Sequence record: MK774614.2
DNA: 64,000 nucleotides
Reading direction: 5' to 3' (one strand)
Part shown: in pieces, positions 1-9,314 of the stretch
Layout: every line of letters begins with the position of its first letter
Position numbering within the stretch: position 1 is the stretch's first letter
Notes under the pieces: generated by a model
Database searches by the model: none
What the model was told of the DNA's origin: nothing
What the model saw: only the letters and a program-made list of their open reading frames with translations
Made by a program: the position numbers and the translations under genes

Positions 1-240
1 GAAGTTATCGATTACTTGGAGCATAACAAGTTTTTGAGTGACTGGATCAAAGGAGAGAACAAACAAGATCCTGTTCCTTATCTGGAAACGGATTGGGATA
101 ACACCGATGTGAAAGTAACCGATGATGTGTTTGTTAAACAGGTAACTTACACGAAAGAAGAGGTGCTGGAGATCATCAGGTTCCTCCGACCTGATCTGGA
201 CGCTGATTCTAACATGTTGGTTAAACTGCTTCACAAGTAA
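1..240 (+). CDS. Hypothetical protein, 5'-partial
   Basis: The frame of the 16..240 ORF is open back to position 1; a terminator hairpin follows. Confidence 0.6.
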   Translation, partial: EVIDYLEHNKFLSDWIKGENKQDPVPYLETDWDNTDVKVTDDVFVKQVTYTKEEVLEIIRFLRPDLDADSNMLVKLLHK

Positions 241-246
241 TGTTCT

Positions 247-276
247 GTTCCTAGGGAGTGAAAACTCCCTAGGAAC
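247..276 (+). terminator. Intrinsic terminator hairpin
   Basis: 13-bp stem gttcctagggagt-gaaa-actccctaggaac with a T-rich tract downstream. Confidence 0.75.
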
Positions 277-383
277 TTATAAGGTTATTTTTATGTCCAC
301 AGTAAAAAAGAAGAAAAGTCTCTATCTTTCGCAACAAATTTTGTTTCGTCTTCGTAAACGATTTAAACATAAGGAAAAACAGA

Positions 384-794
384 GTGTTTAAAAACTTATG
401 GTTTTGGTTAAGGGTGCGATGGCTAATCGTCTATTTTAATCTTTGGCAATTTAAAGAGCGGGTATTAAATGCATGTTTTTGTCCTAAAAGGAACCATGTA
501 TTAACCCAAGGTCACATCATTAACTTGAGAATGGGAAATGACGTTATTCTTATTCGCCATTGTACTTGGTGGTTTGGACGACAAGGATTTAAATTAATTG
601 GTGTAAAATACCCAGTTAATTCTGGTATAAGGCTGGTTGGTCAAGATGTTTGTTTACGGCTTAAACCAAACGAAACTGCATCGCAAGCAGTGATCCGTTA
701 TAATGCAACGGTAAGAAAGGTTCACGATGCCGCAGAACAGATCAACCAAATTACAAAAGAATTAAATAGCAAGTCACCTTTCATAAAAGCATAA
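384..794 (+). CDS. Hypothetical protein
   Basis: 136-aa ORF; GTG start after AAGGA; co-oriented with neighbours. Confidence 0.65.
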   Translation: MFKNLWFWLRVRWLIVYFNLWQFKERVLNACFCPKRNHVLTQGHIINLRMGNDVILIRHCTWWFGRQGFKLIGVKYPVNSGIRLVGQDVCLRLKPNETASQAVIRYNATVRKVHDAAEQINQITKELNSKSPFIKA

Positions 795-803
795 GGAAAC
801 CCC

Positions 804-1352
804 ATGAACGTTATTAAAAATCTGAAATTCTTCCGTGTCTCCGCTGTTCAAATGAACCGCCGCAATTACGGCTTGGCTTTTTATTTGGATCGGGGGGCGC
901 TGAACGAGGAACTCAAAAACAATCCTCCTACTGAGAATGACAACGAAGTTCAAACAGTTGAAACCGAAAATGGATTTGAAGAAGTCCAATTCGTTAAAGG
1001 AACGTTTAGTCAGTCTCAATTTCCTTTTGGAAGTGAAACCGTGCTAATCGGAAACATGGTAAAGGAATTGGCTTCTCGTGAACGCACTGGGTGGAACGGT
1101 GAGAAGATCGATCTCCCTTCCCAAGCACGAACCATTTTGCAAGGTTTTGGTAAATCCACTCTGACTGTTCAAAGTCGTTTTGATCAAGACGGTTTCTTGG
1201 TTCAGATCTTTGTTGGAACAAAACGTGCCTTTATGAAGGGTGTTGTCAATCGTCACGCTTGGACACCCAGTAGTAACGAAGAGCTGGTTGTTATCCAACA
1301 ATCTTGGCCAGAACTTTTTAAACACTTCTTTATTATCCCTACTGCAATTTAA
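804..1352 (+). CDS. Hypothetical protein
   Basis: 182-aa ORF with AAGGA RBS. Confidence 0.75.
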   Translation: MNVIKNLKFFRVSAVQMNRRNYGLAFYLDRGALNEELKNNPPTENDNEVQTVETENGFEEVQFVKGTFSQSQFPFGSETVLIGNMVKELASRERTGWNGEKIDLPSQARTILQGFGKSTLTVQSRFDQDGFLVQIFVGTKRAFMKGVVNRHAWTPSSNEELVVIQQSWPELFKHFFIIPTAI

Positions 1353-1360
1353 GTTGATGT

Positions 1361-1380
1361 AACTTTCAGACCTATATTAC
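1361..1380 (+). promoter_or_regulatory. Putative phage early promoter (TATATTAC type)
   Basis: aactttcagacctatattac; intergenic member of the motif family seen 11 times in the window; resembles the phiKZ-family early promoter core TATATTAC. Confidence 0.7.
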
Positions 1381-1440
1381 CAACGTGATAGATACACAAC
1401 GTTTTATCACGTTATTTACTTTACTTAGAAGGAATAAAAC

Positions 1441-1833
1441 ATGAATACCATGCTCAACGAAATGTTTGCCCAGACATTTAAACGTAAACATTACGGTCTG
1501 AAAGCCACGTTCCGTTTTCTCAAAGATGACGAAACCATCGATCAAGCGGATCATCAATTTGCAGTTCTGGGATTTGGGATCTTTAAGTTTAAAGATCAAG
1601 ACCATTTGGAAGAGTATCTGGAACATCGCCAGCAGGAGTCTTTGGGTACCTGTTGGGAGTCCAAGGTGCTTGCACACCTCATGAAACATCCAGAAGAGTT
1701 CGCCATTGGGTATAAATTGATTTTGATTGCACGTCTTCTTGATCGTCCGAACGATGTTGCTGTTTGGCCAACTTCAGTTCCTGGCGATAAAGTGGGTGAG
1801 TATGATCAACGTGTGTTTATTCGTAAATTGTAA
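1441..1833 (+). CDS. Hypothetical protein
   Basis: 130-aa ORF, AAGGA RBS, downstream of the promoter motif. Confidence 0.75.
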   Translation: MNTMLNEMFAQTFKRKHYGLKATFRFLKDDETIDQADHQFAVLGFGIFKFKDQDHLEEYLEHRQQESLGTCWESKVLAHLMKHPEEFAIGYKLILIARLLDRPNDVAVWPTSVPGDKVGEYDQRVFIRKL

Positions 1834-1846
1834 AAAGGAGTTTACC

Positions 1847-2200
1847 ATGAACGTAATTAAATACTTCCTGATCTCGCTGTTGTTCTTGGGCTTTAGTGCT
1901 AAAGCAGAGCCTCAAGATCCCTTTCTAGTGCAGAGTGGGGAGCAAGGGAACTACTTGGTTATCCAGTTGACTTCTGTGGTAGATGAAGTGACTGTAAATA
2001 GTGTTTGGGTTAACCGAGGTGGGTGTGATAATCCTTCCTTGGGAAATCCGGGAAAAGGAACAAAGATCCGTTACGGTCAATCTAAGAACTACCGCTGGAT
2101 GATTTATAATTCCATGAATGGTAACAGCTATCCTTGTAACGTACTGGAAATCGAAGTCCGTACTACTGAAGGTAATTGGACTTACTATCCCCAGCACTAG
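1847..2200 (+). CDS. Exported protein with signal peptide and two Cys
   Basis: AAAAGGAG RBS before ATG 1847; MNVIKYFLISLLFLGFSAKA-E Sec-type signal; Cys in NRGGC and YPCNV. Confidence 0.75.
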   Translation: MNVIKYFLISLLFLGFSAKAEPQDPFLVQSGEQGNYLVIQLTSVVDEVTVNSVWVNRGGCDNPSLGNPGKGTKIRYGQSKNYRWMIYNSMNGNSYPCNVLEIEVRTTEGNWTYYPQH

Positions 2201-2203
2201 GAG

Positions 2204-2653
2204 ATGATCATGAAACAAATCAGTTTTCCTGTGAAACCCGGACGGATCAATATCTTTCGACTGGGATACACCGACCCTGGGATGAGAGACGCCAACGCGT
2301 TTATTTTGATCGCCGGGGAAGAAGAGAAAGACGAACTTCTCCAAGTCCCAGATTGGGTATCGGATCAGTGGGACATTCATGAACCCGTAGATTACGAAGC
2401 ACAAAACTTTGCTGATCTATTTGATATCATGGAAGCGGATGAAGTTGGTGAACATGATCTGCGCGAGTCCATGGAAACCCTGCTGGATGATACTGACAAC
2501 CAACCGGTTTGTTATGAAATCAACGAAGAAGGATTTCAAGCCATCCTCGTGCTACCAGAAAGGCAATTCAGCGGACGGTTCCAAGAACACTGGGATCGGG
2601 TTGATGAAGAAGATGCGTTTGAAGATTTGTCCATTATTGCACGTCACGATTAA
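2204..2653 (+). CDS. Acidic hypothetical protein
   Basis: 149-aa ORF with AGGAG RBS. Confidence 0.75.
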   Translation: MIMKQISFPVKPGRINIFRLGYTDPGMRDANAFILIAGEEEKDELLQVPDWVSDQWDIHEPVDYEAQNFADLFDIMEADEVGEHDLRESMETLLDDTDNQPVCYEINEEGFQAILVLPERQFSGRFQEHWDRVDEEDAFEDLSIIARHD

Positions 2654-2673
2654 TTAACCATTAAGGAAGTGTT

Positions 2674-3051
2674 ATGACTGTAAAAGGTATCAAAGAAAAC
2701 CAAATCATCGTAGGAACTGTGAAGTCTGGTAAAGTGGGAGTGTTGCCTAGTAAGGTGATCATCTCCTCTTCTAAAGGCAGCGTGGAAGATCTGGGGGTCC
2801 AGCTGGATTGGATCACGCCACCGGAAATCATCGAAACTGAGAGTGTTAAAACCCCAGCACAGATGGTGAAGGCGATCCAAAAACACGCTCGATCTTTGGA
2901 GAAAGAAGCAGGTACTCGACTCCAATGTCTTTTGGACTCTTTGACTACCTCTTCTCGCCAACACTTCTACGATGACGGTACCGATGACAACTGCATCTCG
3001 ATCTGGATTTCCAAGAACACTCAATTGGATCTGGGTAAGTTTTGCGTCTAA
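2674..3051 (+). CDS. Hypothetical protein
   Basis: 125-aa ORF with AAGGA RBS. Confidence 0.7.
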   Translation: MTVKGIKENQIIVGTVKSGKVGVLPSKVIISSSKGSVEDLGVQLDWITPPEIIETESVKTPAQMVKAIQKHARSLEKEAGTRLQCLLDSLTTSSRQHFYDDGTDDNCISIWISKNTQLDLGKFCV

Positions 3052-3068
3052 ACTCTGGGGTGAGTTAA

Positions 3069-3431
3069 ATGAATATTTTCGATATAGTAGAAGCGAAGAA
3101 GTCTAACATTAGCAATGAAGATTTTCAGAAGCTGTGGGACACTGTTACCAATAAACATGTCCGTGCTGTGTTGAAGGAAGTGTCCTGTAAACTGGGTGAT
3201 CGAGATCCGAACGGAAATGAATTTAGCAAAGCTAATCTTCAAAGCGCGCTAAAGAACATTTGTTGTTTCGAAAGTATCCGGTTTGAATCTTACAAGGAAA
3301 GTGCAGCTGTACTAGCTATGATCAAGGTCATCTATGAACAGGCACTGTATTTGAAAGATCCAGATGTGGTCTATAAAGAACTCGAAACTCATTTCGAGCA
3401 CTATTATAGTTTGTTGGACAAACCGTTCTAA
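3069..3431 (+). CDS. Hypothetical protein
   Basis: 120-aa ORF followed by a hairpin terminator. Confidence 0.7.
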   Translation: MNIFDIVEAKKSNISNEDFQKLWDTVTNKHVRAVLKEVSCKLGDRDPNGNEFSKANLQSALKNICCFESIRFESYKESAAVLAMIKVIYEQALYLKDPDVVYKELETHFEHYYSLLDKPF

Positions 3432-3440
3432 ATAACAACG

Positions 3441-3466
3441 ATGGATCTGGGGAAACCTGGATCCAT
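3441..3466 (+). terminator. Intrinsic terminator
   Basis: Imperfect atggatctgg/ctggatccat hairpin followed by a T-rich run. Confidence 0.6.
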
Positions 3467-3506
3467 TTTCTTTCTGTTTTATTTTAGTATAAATTAAAGA
3501 GGAACT

Positions 3507-3965
3507 ATGTTTAAATATCTATTTGGGAAAATGCGTCAAAATGATGAAACGGGTGAAGAAACGCATCGCGAAGACGCACTTGCAATTACCCGCCGTTGTG
3601 ATTCGTATCAGCATCGTGACATGGCACGTGATATTTCAATGATTCCGTTTAATGGCGGGTTTTGTGGTTCTGCATTAAATTTTGATAACGCCTATCTTCC
3701 AGGACAGTTTAACGGAGAGTCAGTTTCCTGTCGGGTTAAAACCGAAGGAGATGCAAAGAAGATTGAAGAGTTTGTTAAAGAAACAGATATCTTCGTTTGT
3801 AAGTTCGGTAAATCAGAATACCTGGTTGCGCTCTTTATTCCAAAAGGTAATACGGTTGCTGATCCCTACAATAAAGAGATCAAACCGAATGATTGGAAGA
3901 AAGTTTCTCCTGAAGAGTTTTGTGCGCTCTTTAAAGAAGTCTTTGATAATCCCTATTACATGTAA
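3507..3965 (+). CDS. Hypothetical protein
   Basis: 152-aa ORF with GAGGA RBS. Confidence 0.75.
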   Translation: MFKYLFGKMRQNDETGEETHREDALAITRRCDSYQHRDMARDISMIPFNGGFCGSALNFDNAYLPGQFNGESVSCRVKTEGDAKKIEEFVKETDIFVCKFGKSEYLVALFIPKGNTVADPYNKEIKPNDWKKVSPEEFCALFKEVFDNPYYM

Positions 3966-3968
3966 TAA

Positions 3969-3998
3969 AGCTAGAGAACCCCAAAGGGTTCTCTAGCT
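3969..3998. terminator. Terminator between convergent genes
   Basis: 13-bp stem agctagagaaccc-caaa-gggttctctagct; poly-T downstream. Confidence 0.75.
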
Positions 3999-4013
3999 CA
4001 ACATACTTTTTTT

Positions 4014-4694
4014 TTAAATTGTTGCTGGATAATAAACATCTAACGTTTGCAAAGTTAAATTAGGGGCTTTGAATTTTGCTGTTCCGATGGTTCTTGCTTG
4101 AATTGTTTTTGTTGCGAATCCTTCCACGTTAGGATTCACATCCTTGACCAATGTAGTTAATCCCACAGAGTGTTGACTATTATTGACAAGAACCTCCTCA
4201 GGGATCTCTATATCTAATTCTATCTCGTCCCAATAGATTTCCCCTAATGCTTTCCAGCAATCGTCTACAGTGTGCTTAGTGGGGTTTAATAAGAGCACAT
4301 ATTTGTTTTGATCATTGATGTGATAAAGTCCAAACGTATATGCCCCATTACCAATCCCTGCTTCAAACTCCACCAAGGTCATTGAAGGAACATCAATAAA
4401 ATGATCTTTATAAATTAATGGTAAATCGACCATCTTCAATTCTGCATCCGCGTAAAAGTATTCAGTGCGTCTTGATAGAAAACAAGCGATCAATTTTCCA
4501 TTGGGAAATAACGTCGGTGGTTCTATTTGAACATCTTCGTTTTTAAGGTCGTAATATTTGGCAATCGCTTCGTCGTATTTCTTCAGGCCTTTTTGAGCGA
4601 TCATCTTATCGGCAAGATCAGCTAAATACAGTTTTACCGATGAGAATAACGGATCTTTAATCCGCTTACTTCTAACAATCTTGTCAGTTATCAT
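4014..4694 (-). CDS. Hypothetical protein (lone minus-strand gene, possibly late/structural)
   Basis: 226-aa ORF with no competing plus-strand ORF; bounded by a hairpin and a divergent promoter. Confidence 0.7.
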   Translation of the reverse strand: MITDKIVRSKRIKDPLFSSVKLYLADLADKMIAQKGLKKYDEAIAKYYDLKNEDVQIEPPTLFPNGKLIACFLSRRTEYFYADAELKMVDLPLIYKDHFIDVPSMTLVEFEAGIGNGAYTFGLYHINDQNKYVLLLNPTKHTVDDCWKALGEIYWDEIELDIEIPEEVLVNNSQHSVGLTTLVKDVNPNVEGFATKTIQARTIGTAKFKAPNLTLQTLDVYYPATI

Positions 4695-4745
4695 GATTTA
4701 ACACCCGGTTCGCAATTATAAGGTATTTGTTCAAACAATCAATCT

Positions 4746-4770
4746 CTATAATTTTTCAAGTAGATATTAT
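4746..4770 (+). promoter_or_regulatory. Putative phage early promoter
   Basis: ctataatttttcaagtagatattat; matches the repeated motif. Confidence 0.7.
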
Positions 4771-4810
4771 CTTTATGTACGAATACCGGGATTATTCATT
4801 AGGAGGACAT

Positions 4811-5230
4811 GTGTTTACTGGACCAGAATTTGATTACTACTACGAAGGAACGGTTGATGAAAATATCAGAGCGTTCTTTGGGAGTAAACAAGCGATGCAT
4901 GAAAGTAAACTGTTTCGCCAAATGGAATCGGTGAAATTGGAAATGATAGTCTTACAAGGGGATTTGGAAATATTTCAATATAAACTAGGGTTTATTAATC
5001 AATGTCGAGTAAATAGTTTTAATCGCTCTCTAAACGCGTTTATTGATCTTTGCGATATCCACATGTGTTTTGCTACTAAGCACGGGTTGGAAGTGATTAC
5101 AGAAGCATCTAGACGCATTAGAAAACGGTTTAAACGTTTAATAGCTCAACTTTACGATTTCAGTAAAGAAATCGAATTATTGGATCAACAATTTAGTATA
5201 AGGAATAAACATGACTCTCATTGCATTTGA
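4811..5230 (+). CDS. Hypothetical protein
   Basis: GTG 4811 follows AGGAGG and lies downstream of the promoter; the longer 4727 start overlaps the promoter. Confidence 0.65.
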   Translation: MFTGPEFDYYYEGTVDENIRAFFGSKQAMHESKLFRQMESVKLEMIVLQGDLEIFQYKLGFINQCRVNSFNRSLNAFIDLCDIHMCFATKHGLEVITEASRRIRKRFKRLIAQLYDFSKEIELLDQQFSIRNKHDSHCI

Positions 5231-5915
5231 CGGTAAGCATTTAGTTGTTGATGGCGCTTCCACATTAGAAAATCCCCGCTATAAAAAGTCAGGGGATGTG
5301 TTTCATTTAATGAAAATTGTTGTCCCTAATTTTAAGTGGTATGATGAAGAGAGTAAACATGAGATCTGTGCGTTAGTCGGTACTGGAACGACATCTGATA
5401 TTAAAGATGTTATCGAAGAATTAATGGTCGCTGGAAAACTTGAGTTACCGGGTCACGATCATTTTACTCGTATACAAAAGCTATTAAGAGAACGTGTTCA
5501 CTGTCAAATTGTAACAGTTGGTTTTGATTATTCAACAGGCGAGAAACAACCTTGGGTCGGATCTCTTTTCAAAAGTATCGATTTTGAAGATAGTTATTTT
5601 CGTTACAGCAGGTTTAATCCAACCATCCCAGCGATTGCTGGTTATACAGAAGAATTCCCAAAATGGGAACTTGGTAAGGGATGGAATAATGCAGTTGAAA
5701 TCGTATCGTTGGGTGCTGTATTGTATCCAGAAAAGATCGGTGGACTGTTAACTCGGTTTAATTTGGAAACAGGTAAACTCGATCATCCTAAATTAACCGG
5801 AAATGGTCGGTTAAATAAAATGCTCTATCAGTATGAAAAGGAGCGCCTGGCGGAAATTAAAAAGAAATTCTCAAAAGCCCGCGAGTTTGTCGCTAGTCCT
5901 ATTAATACGTATTAA
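5211..5915 (+). CDS. Ntn-hydrolase (HslV/proteasome beta-like) peptidase candidate
   Basis: Starts M-T-LIAFDG; VVDGAST resembles HslV AGDGQAT; a Lys follows, then LVGTGTTSD like HslV FAGGTAD. Confidence 0.5.
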   Translation: MTLIAFDGKHLVVDGASTLENPRYKKSGDVFHLMKIVVPNFKWYDEESKHEICALVGTGTTSDIKDVIEELMVAGKLELPGHDHFTRIQKLLRERVHCQIVTVGFDYSTGEKQPWVGSLFKSIDFEDSYFRYSRFNPTIPAIAGYTEEFPKWELGKGWNNAVEIVSLGAVLYPEKIGGLLTRFNLETGKLDHPKLTGNGRLNKMLYQYEKERLAEIKKKFSKAREFVASPINTY

Positions 5916-5926
5916 CATTTTAGGAA

Positions 5927-6346
5927 ATGAATATGAGACTATTTGGTTGTCAAGAACGTGTTTGCGGAAGAGATCGCCAAGTCTTTATCTCTAAAGACAT
6001 CGTGATCAAACTTCCAGTGGTTGACAGTTGGATTGCCTTTGTAAGAGGGCTTGCGTCTAACCTAAAAGAGCATGAAACTATTTCTATGTACAAAGGAAAG
6101 TTTCCTAACCATGTTCCAGAAATTAAATGGATGGGGTTTGGTGGATTAGTTCTTGTAATGGAACGTTACCAAGAAGTCCTGGATGATCCAGCCCATCGAA
6201 GACGCTTTTATCAACATTTGGAAAGAGTAAGGGAGCGGGATCTGGCCGAATGGAATTTTGTTTGGGATGGTGATAACAAGGTATTTAACTACGCCTGGGA
6301 TAAATACGGGCGATTGGTCAAAATTGATTTAGGTATTTACTATTAA
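5927..6346 (+). CDS. Minimal protein-kinase-like protein
   Basis: Ordered motifs: GRDRQVF, VIK, N-x-x-E, LVMER, D-N-K-V-F-N catalytic loop, KIDLG. Confidence 0.6.
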   Translation: MNMRLFGCQERVCGRDRQVFISKDIVIKLPVVDSWIAFVRGLASNLKEHETISMYKGKFPNHVPEIKWMGFGGLVLVMERYQEVLDDPAHRRRFYQHLERVRERDLAEWNFVWDGDNKVFNYAWDKYGRLVKIDLGIYY

Positions 6347-6729
6347 TGGAGATTAAAATTATGGGTATTCAAGAACAGATCCTCCCAGTGTTAATTAACA
6401 CTGTTAATGATTTAATTAATGTACTTGAAAAAGTCGTTAATAAAGAAACTATCGTTGATTCTCTTCGTATTGATCCCCAGTGTTCTCGACTTACAACGTT
6501 CAATCTATCAACGGGAGAACTCGTTACAGAACAAGTTCCTGTGATTTATGAAGAATATGAAATAATCGATATCGATTTTGTTCTGTCTGAAACCCTAACG
6601 GTAGGAAAATTAATTTGGATCCTTCAGCAAGTCCCAAAAGAAACCTTTATTTACAGCATTAGACTAAAGGCCGCTTCAAATGGAGTTTATGTTGCAATCG
6701 ATACAAATGGTTTAGTTATCTGCGATTAA
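6346..6729 (+). CDS. Hypothetical protein
   Basis: 127-aa ORF, translationally coupled (TAATG). Confidence 0.7.
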   Translation: MEIKIMGIQEQILPVLINTVNDLINVLEKVVNKETIVDSLRIDPQCSRLTTFNLSTGELVTEQVPVIYEEYEIIDIDFVLSETLTVGKLIWILQQVPKETFIYSIRLKAASNGVYVAIDTNGLVICD

Positions 6730-6739
6730 GGAAAACTTT

Positions 6740-7231
6740 ATGTCTGTTGAATTTTATTTAGATCTTCTTCGTAAAGTTTATGCTATCGAGGAAACCAGAA
6801 TTCCTAATTACTCAAAAGGTAAATTTTACTCGCGTATTTTGGAGCTCTCTGGAACCCATCCTGATAATGATCATTTCATGGTCCCTGATATGTTAAAGGT
6901 CATGTTAGGGATTAACCACGGTGACTTAACCCATCTACTCAAAGATGAAATCAGTTATATGAAAACCAACATGATTTTGCAATTTGGCTTTATTGCAAAA
7001 CGTGTATCGGATACTACCAAAGGTCGAATCAAAGTTTATAACTGGGAACATTATCAAGAACGGTATATTGATGGGCTTGAAATAAAGATTACCACCGCAG
7101 AAGAAATGCGGATGCTGGTTCATGCGTTGGTTGTATTTTGGAAAGAAGAAGTTCCCTACATAAACATCAAGGGAGATTTCACGTCACCTGATCCTAAGAA
7201 GTTTGATCTTCAATCATTAAAGGGATGGTAA
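6740..7231 (+). CDS. Hypothetical protein
   Basis: 163-aa ORF with AAGGA RBS. Confidence 0.7.
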   Translation: MSVEFYLDLLRKVYAIEETRIPNYSKGKFYSRILELSGTHPDNDHFMVPDMLKVMLGINHGDLTHLLKDEISYMKTNMILQFGFIAKRVSDTTKGRIKVYNWEHYQERYIDGLEIKITTAEEMRMLVHALVVFWKEEVPYINIKGDFTSPDPKKFDLQSLKGW

Positions 7232-7232
7232 A

Positions 7233-7751
7233 ATGAATGACAGTCAATATATCAAAGGACTTTGGGAAGAGTCCCCTGAAATTGTCGAACAGGCTAAAAA
7301 ATCATTGAGTGAATTTATCGAGAGACTGGGTCCGCCAGTTGATCAAGATGAACTCTTTGGAAACTTCATTGATCCGGCTAAACGAAAATCTGGTCCAATT
7401 GTCTTTCAGGGAGTAAAACCTGATTTGGTTCGCAGCGTTGCCATGGAGTGTCATCATTCCGTGGACCCTGCATTTAATAATCTTGGTGCGCAACACTTGG
7501 GGATTGAAGCACCTATCGTAGTAACAGGCGGCAGTCAATTCCGGGGAAGGGGTCTTTTGTTCTCGGTGGTTGATAACACTTGTAATAAAGATGTGTTATT
7601 TACGCTACGCAAAGAGGGCCATAAACCGCTAGTCAACGTACAGCGTCACATAGATGAACAAAAATATTGGAACCCTGTAGAAAAACAGATCTCAAAAGCC
7701 CCATCCTGTTTTATCGATGACAAATACATTTACCGTAAAGGACGAAAGTAA
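7233..7751 (+). CDS. Hypothetical protein
   Basis: 172-aa ORF coupled to thyA. Confidence 0.7.
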   Translation: MNDSQYIKGLWEESPEIVEQAKKSLSEFIERLGPPVDQDELFGNFIDPAKRKSGPIVFQGVKPDLVRSVAMECHHSVDPAFNNLGAQHLGIEAPIVVTGGSQFRGRGLLFSVVDNTCNKDVLFTLRKEGHKPLVNVQRHIDEQKYWNPVEKQISKAPSCFIDDKYIYRKGRK

Positions 7752-8767
7752 TGGAACAACCTATTCGTAACACATTTGAAAACTGGTACATCGAGGCTCT
7801 CAAGAGTCTATTGGGCGGTGTGAATAAAGACGATCGAACAGGAACCGGAACAATCTCCACCACGTTCATGTCGCATAAGTATGACTTGCGAGATGGTTAC
7901 CCAACGATGTACAGCCGTTTTCTAAAGCCAGAAAACCCTGCTAAGGAAATGATCTGGATGTTGTCTGGATCTAAAAATGTAAAAGATCTGCAAGCACTAG
8001 GGGTTCCATTTTGGAATGCGTTTGCAGATGAGAGCGGTGACCTTGGTCCGATCTATGGATACCTGTGGCGTAACTGGCCTAATCCGGATGGGAGTGTAAC
8101 TGACCAGATTAAATACGTTCAGGAAGCACTTAAATCCAATCCTAGTTCGCGCCGGATGGTAGTTAGTTGCTGGAATCCATCCTTTATCCCCGATCCTAAG
8201 CGTCCTCCTAAGGAAAACTACAAGTTTGGACATTCTAGTCTGACAGCCTGTCATTATGCCTGGCAAGTGGTTTGTCAGCCAATGACGATTATGGAGCGTG
8301 TTCAACATGCGGTGACAAGTTTCTCTCTTCCGGATGAATTTGTCGATAACCCGATCAAATTGATCACCCATCCTAACGGGGATGTGATACTGGACCAAGC
8401 AAATATCCCACGTTATTTCTTGGATCTGAAATTTGATATGCGTAGCAATGATTTTGTTCTGGGCAATCCAGCTAACTGGGGAATGTACGCATTCCTAGCA
8501 GAGCTGCTTGCTTTTGAAAATAACATGGTGGCACGGTATCTGTGTTATGGCGGCATGGATGTCCATGTGTATCAAAATCATCTGCTGGGAGTACAACAAC
8601 AGCTTAATTACTTTGAAGCTAATAAAGAACATGTCTTAGCGCAGCGAACAGACATTATCTTTAATAAGGGGACGACGCTCGATAACGTTACTCCGGAGAG
8701 CTTTAAATTCATCGGATACGCAAGAGAAGTGGCGGGTCCTGCTATCAAATTCCCCATTGCAGTTTAA
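7751..8767 (+). CDS. thyA: Thymidylate synthase
   Basis: DRTGTGT, KEMIWMLSG, DLGPIYG, SRRMVVS, catalytic LTACH, MRSNDFVLGNPAN, DVHVYQNH. Confidence 0.95.
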   Translation: MEQPIRNTFENWYIEALKSLLGGVNKDDRTGTGTISTTFMSHKYDLRDGYPTMYSRFLKPENPAKEMIWMLSGSKNVKDLQALGVPFWNAFADESGDLGPIYGYLWRNWPNPDGSVTDQIKYVQEALKSNPSSRRMVVSCWNPSFIPDPKRPPKENYKFGHSSLTACHYAWQVVCQPMTIMERVQHAVTSFSLPDEFVDNPIKLITHPNGDVILDQANIPRYFLDLKFDMRSNDFVLGNPANWGMYAFLAELLAFENNMVARYLCYGGMDVHVYQNHLLGVQQQLNYFEANKEHVLAQRTDIIFNKGTTLDNVTPESFKFIGYAREVAGPAIKFPIAV

Positions 8768-8777
8768 GGTCTCTTAA

Positions 8778-9314
8778 ATGAAAGACACAAAATCATTGGA
8801 AATAGAACGCAAATGGATGGTCACGTGTTTCCCAAAATTTGACACTGTGTTTTATCCAGTTTCTGTTCTTCAAATTACACAATTTTATAATGAGAAAAAC
8901 GAACGTTTCAGAGAAACTATTAGTCCTGATGATAAAGTTGTTTATAAAAGAACCGTCAAGCAAGGTGAAGGACTGGTCCGGGAAGAGGTAGAAGAAACCA
9001 TTTCCCTTGAAAAATATCTGGATGCGTTTAATAAACTTGGTAACAATACACCGATTCTTAAAACAAGATATAAAATACCCTTTGGAGATTTTGTTATAGA
9101 ACTGGATGAGTTTGATACAGGAGAGTTATACGCCGAGATAGAATTTAGTTCCGAGGAACAGGCAAGAAGTTTGGTTGTTCTCCCAGATTGGTTTGGGGAG
9201 GAAGTCACGGAACAAAAGGGACATGACAATTTTTCTATTTTTAAACAAAAGCAACTCCAGCGAATATCGGGGAAGTGTCAATGTTATTCTTGCAAACAGG
9301 CTGGTAAAACATGA
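8778..9314 (+). CDS. CYTH-domain (triphosphate tunnel) protein
   Basis: N-terminal EIERKW (ExExK); KTRY; ELDEF; AEIEF. Confidence 0.85.
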   Translation: MKDTKSLEIERKWMVTCFPKFDTVFYPVSVLQITQFYNEKNERFRETISPDDKVVYKRTVKQGEGLVREEVEETISLEKYLDAFNKLGNNTPILKTRYKIPFGDFVIELDEFDTGELYAEIEFSSEEQARSLVVLPDWFGEEVTEQKGHDNFSIFKQKQLQRISGKCQCYSCKQAGKT

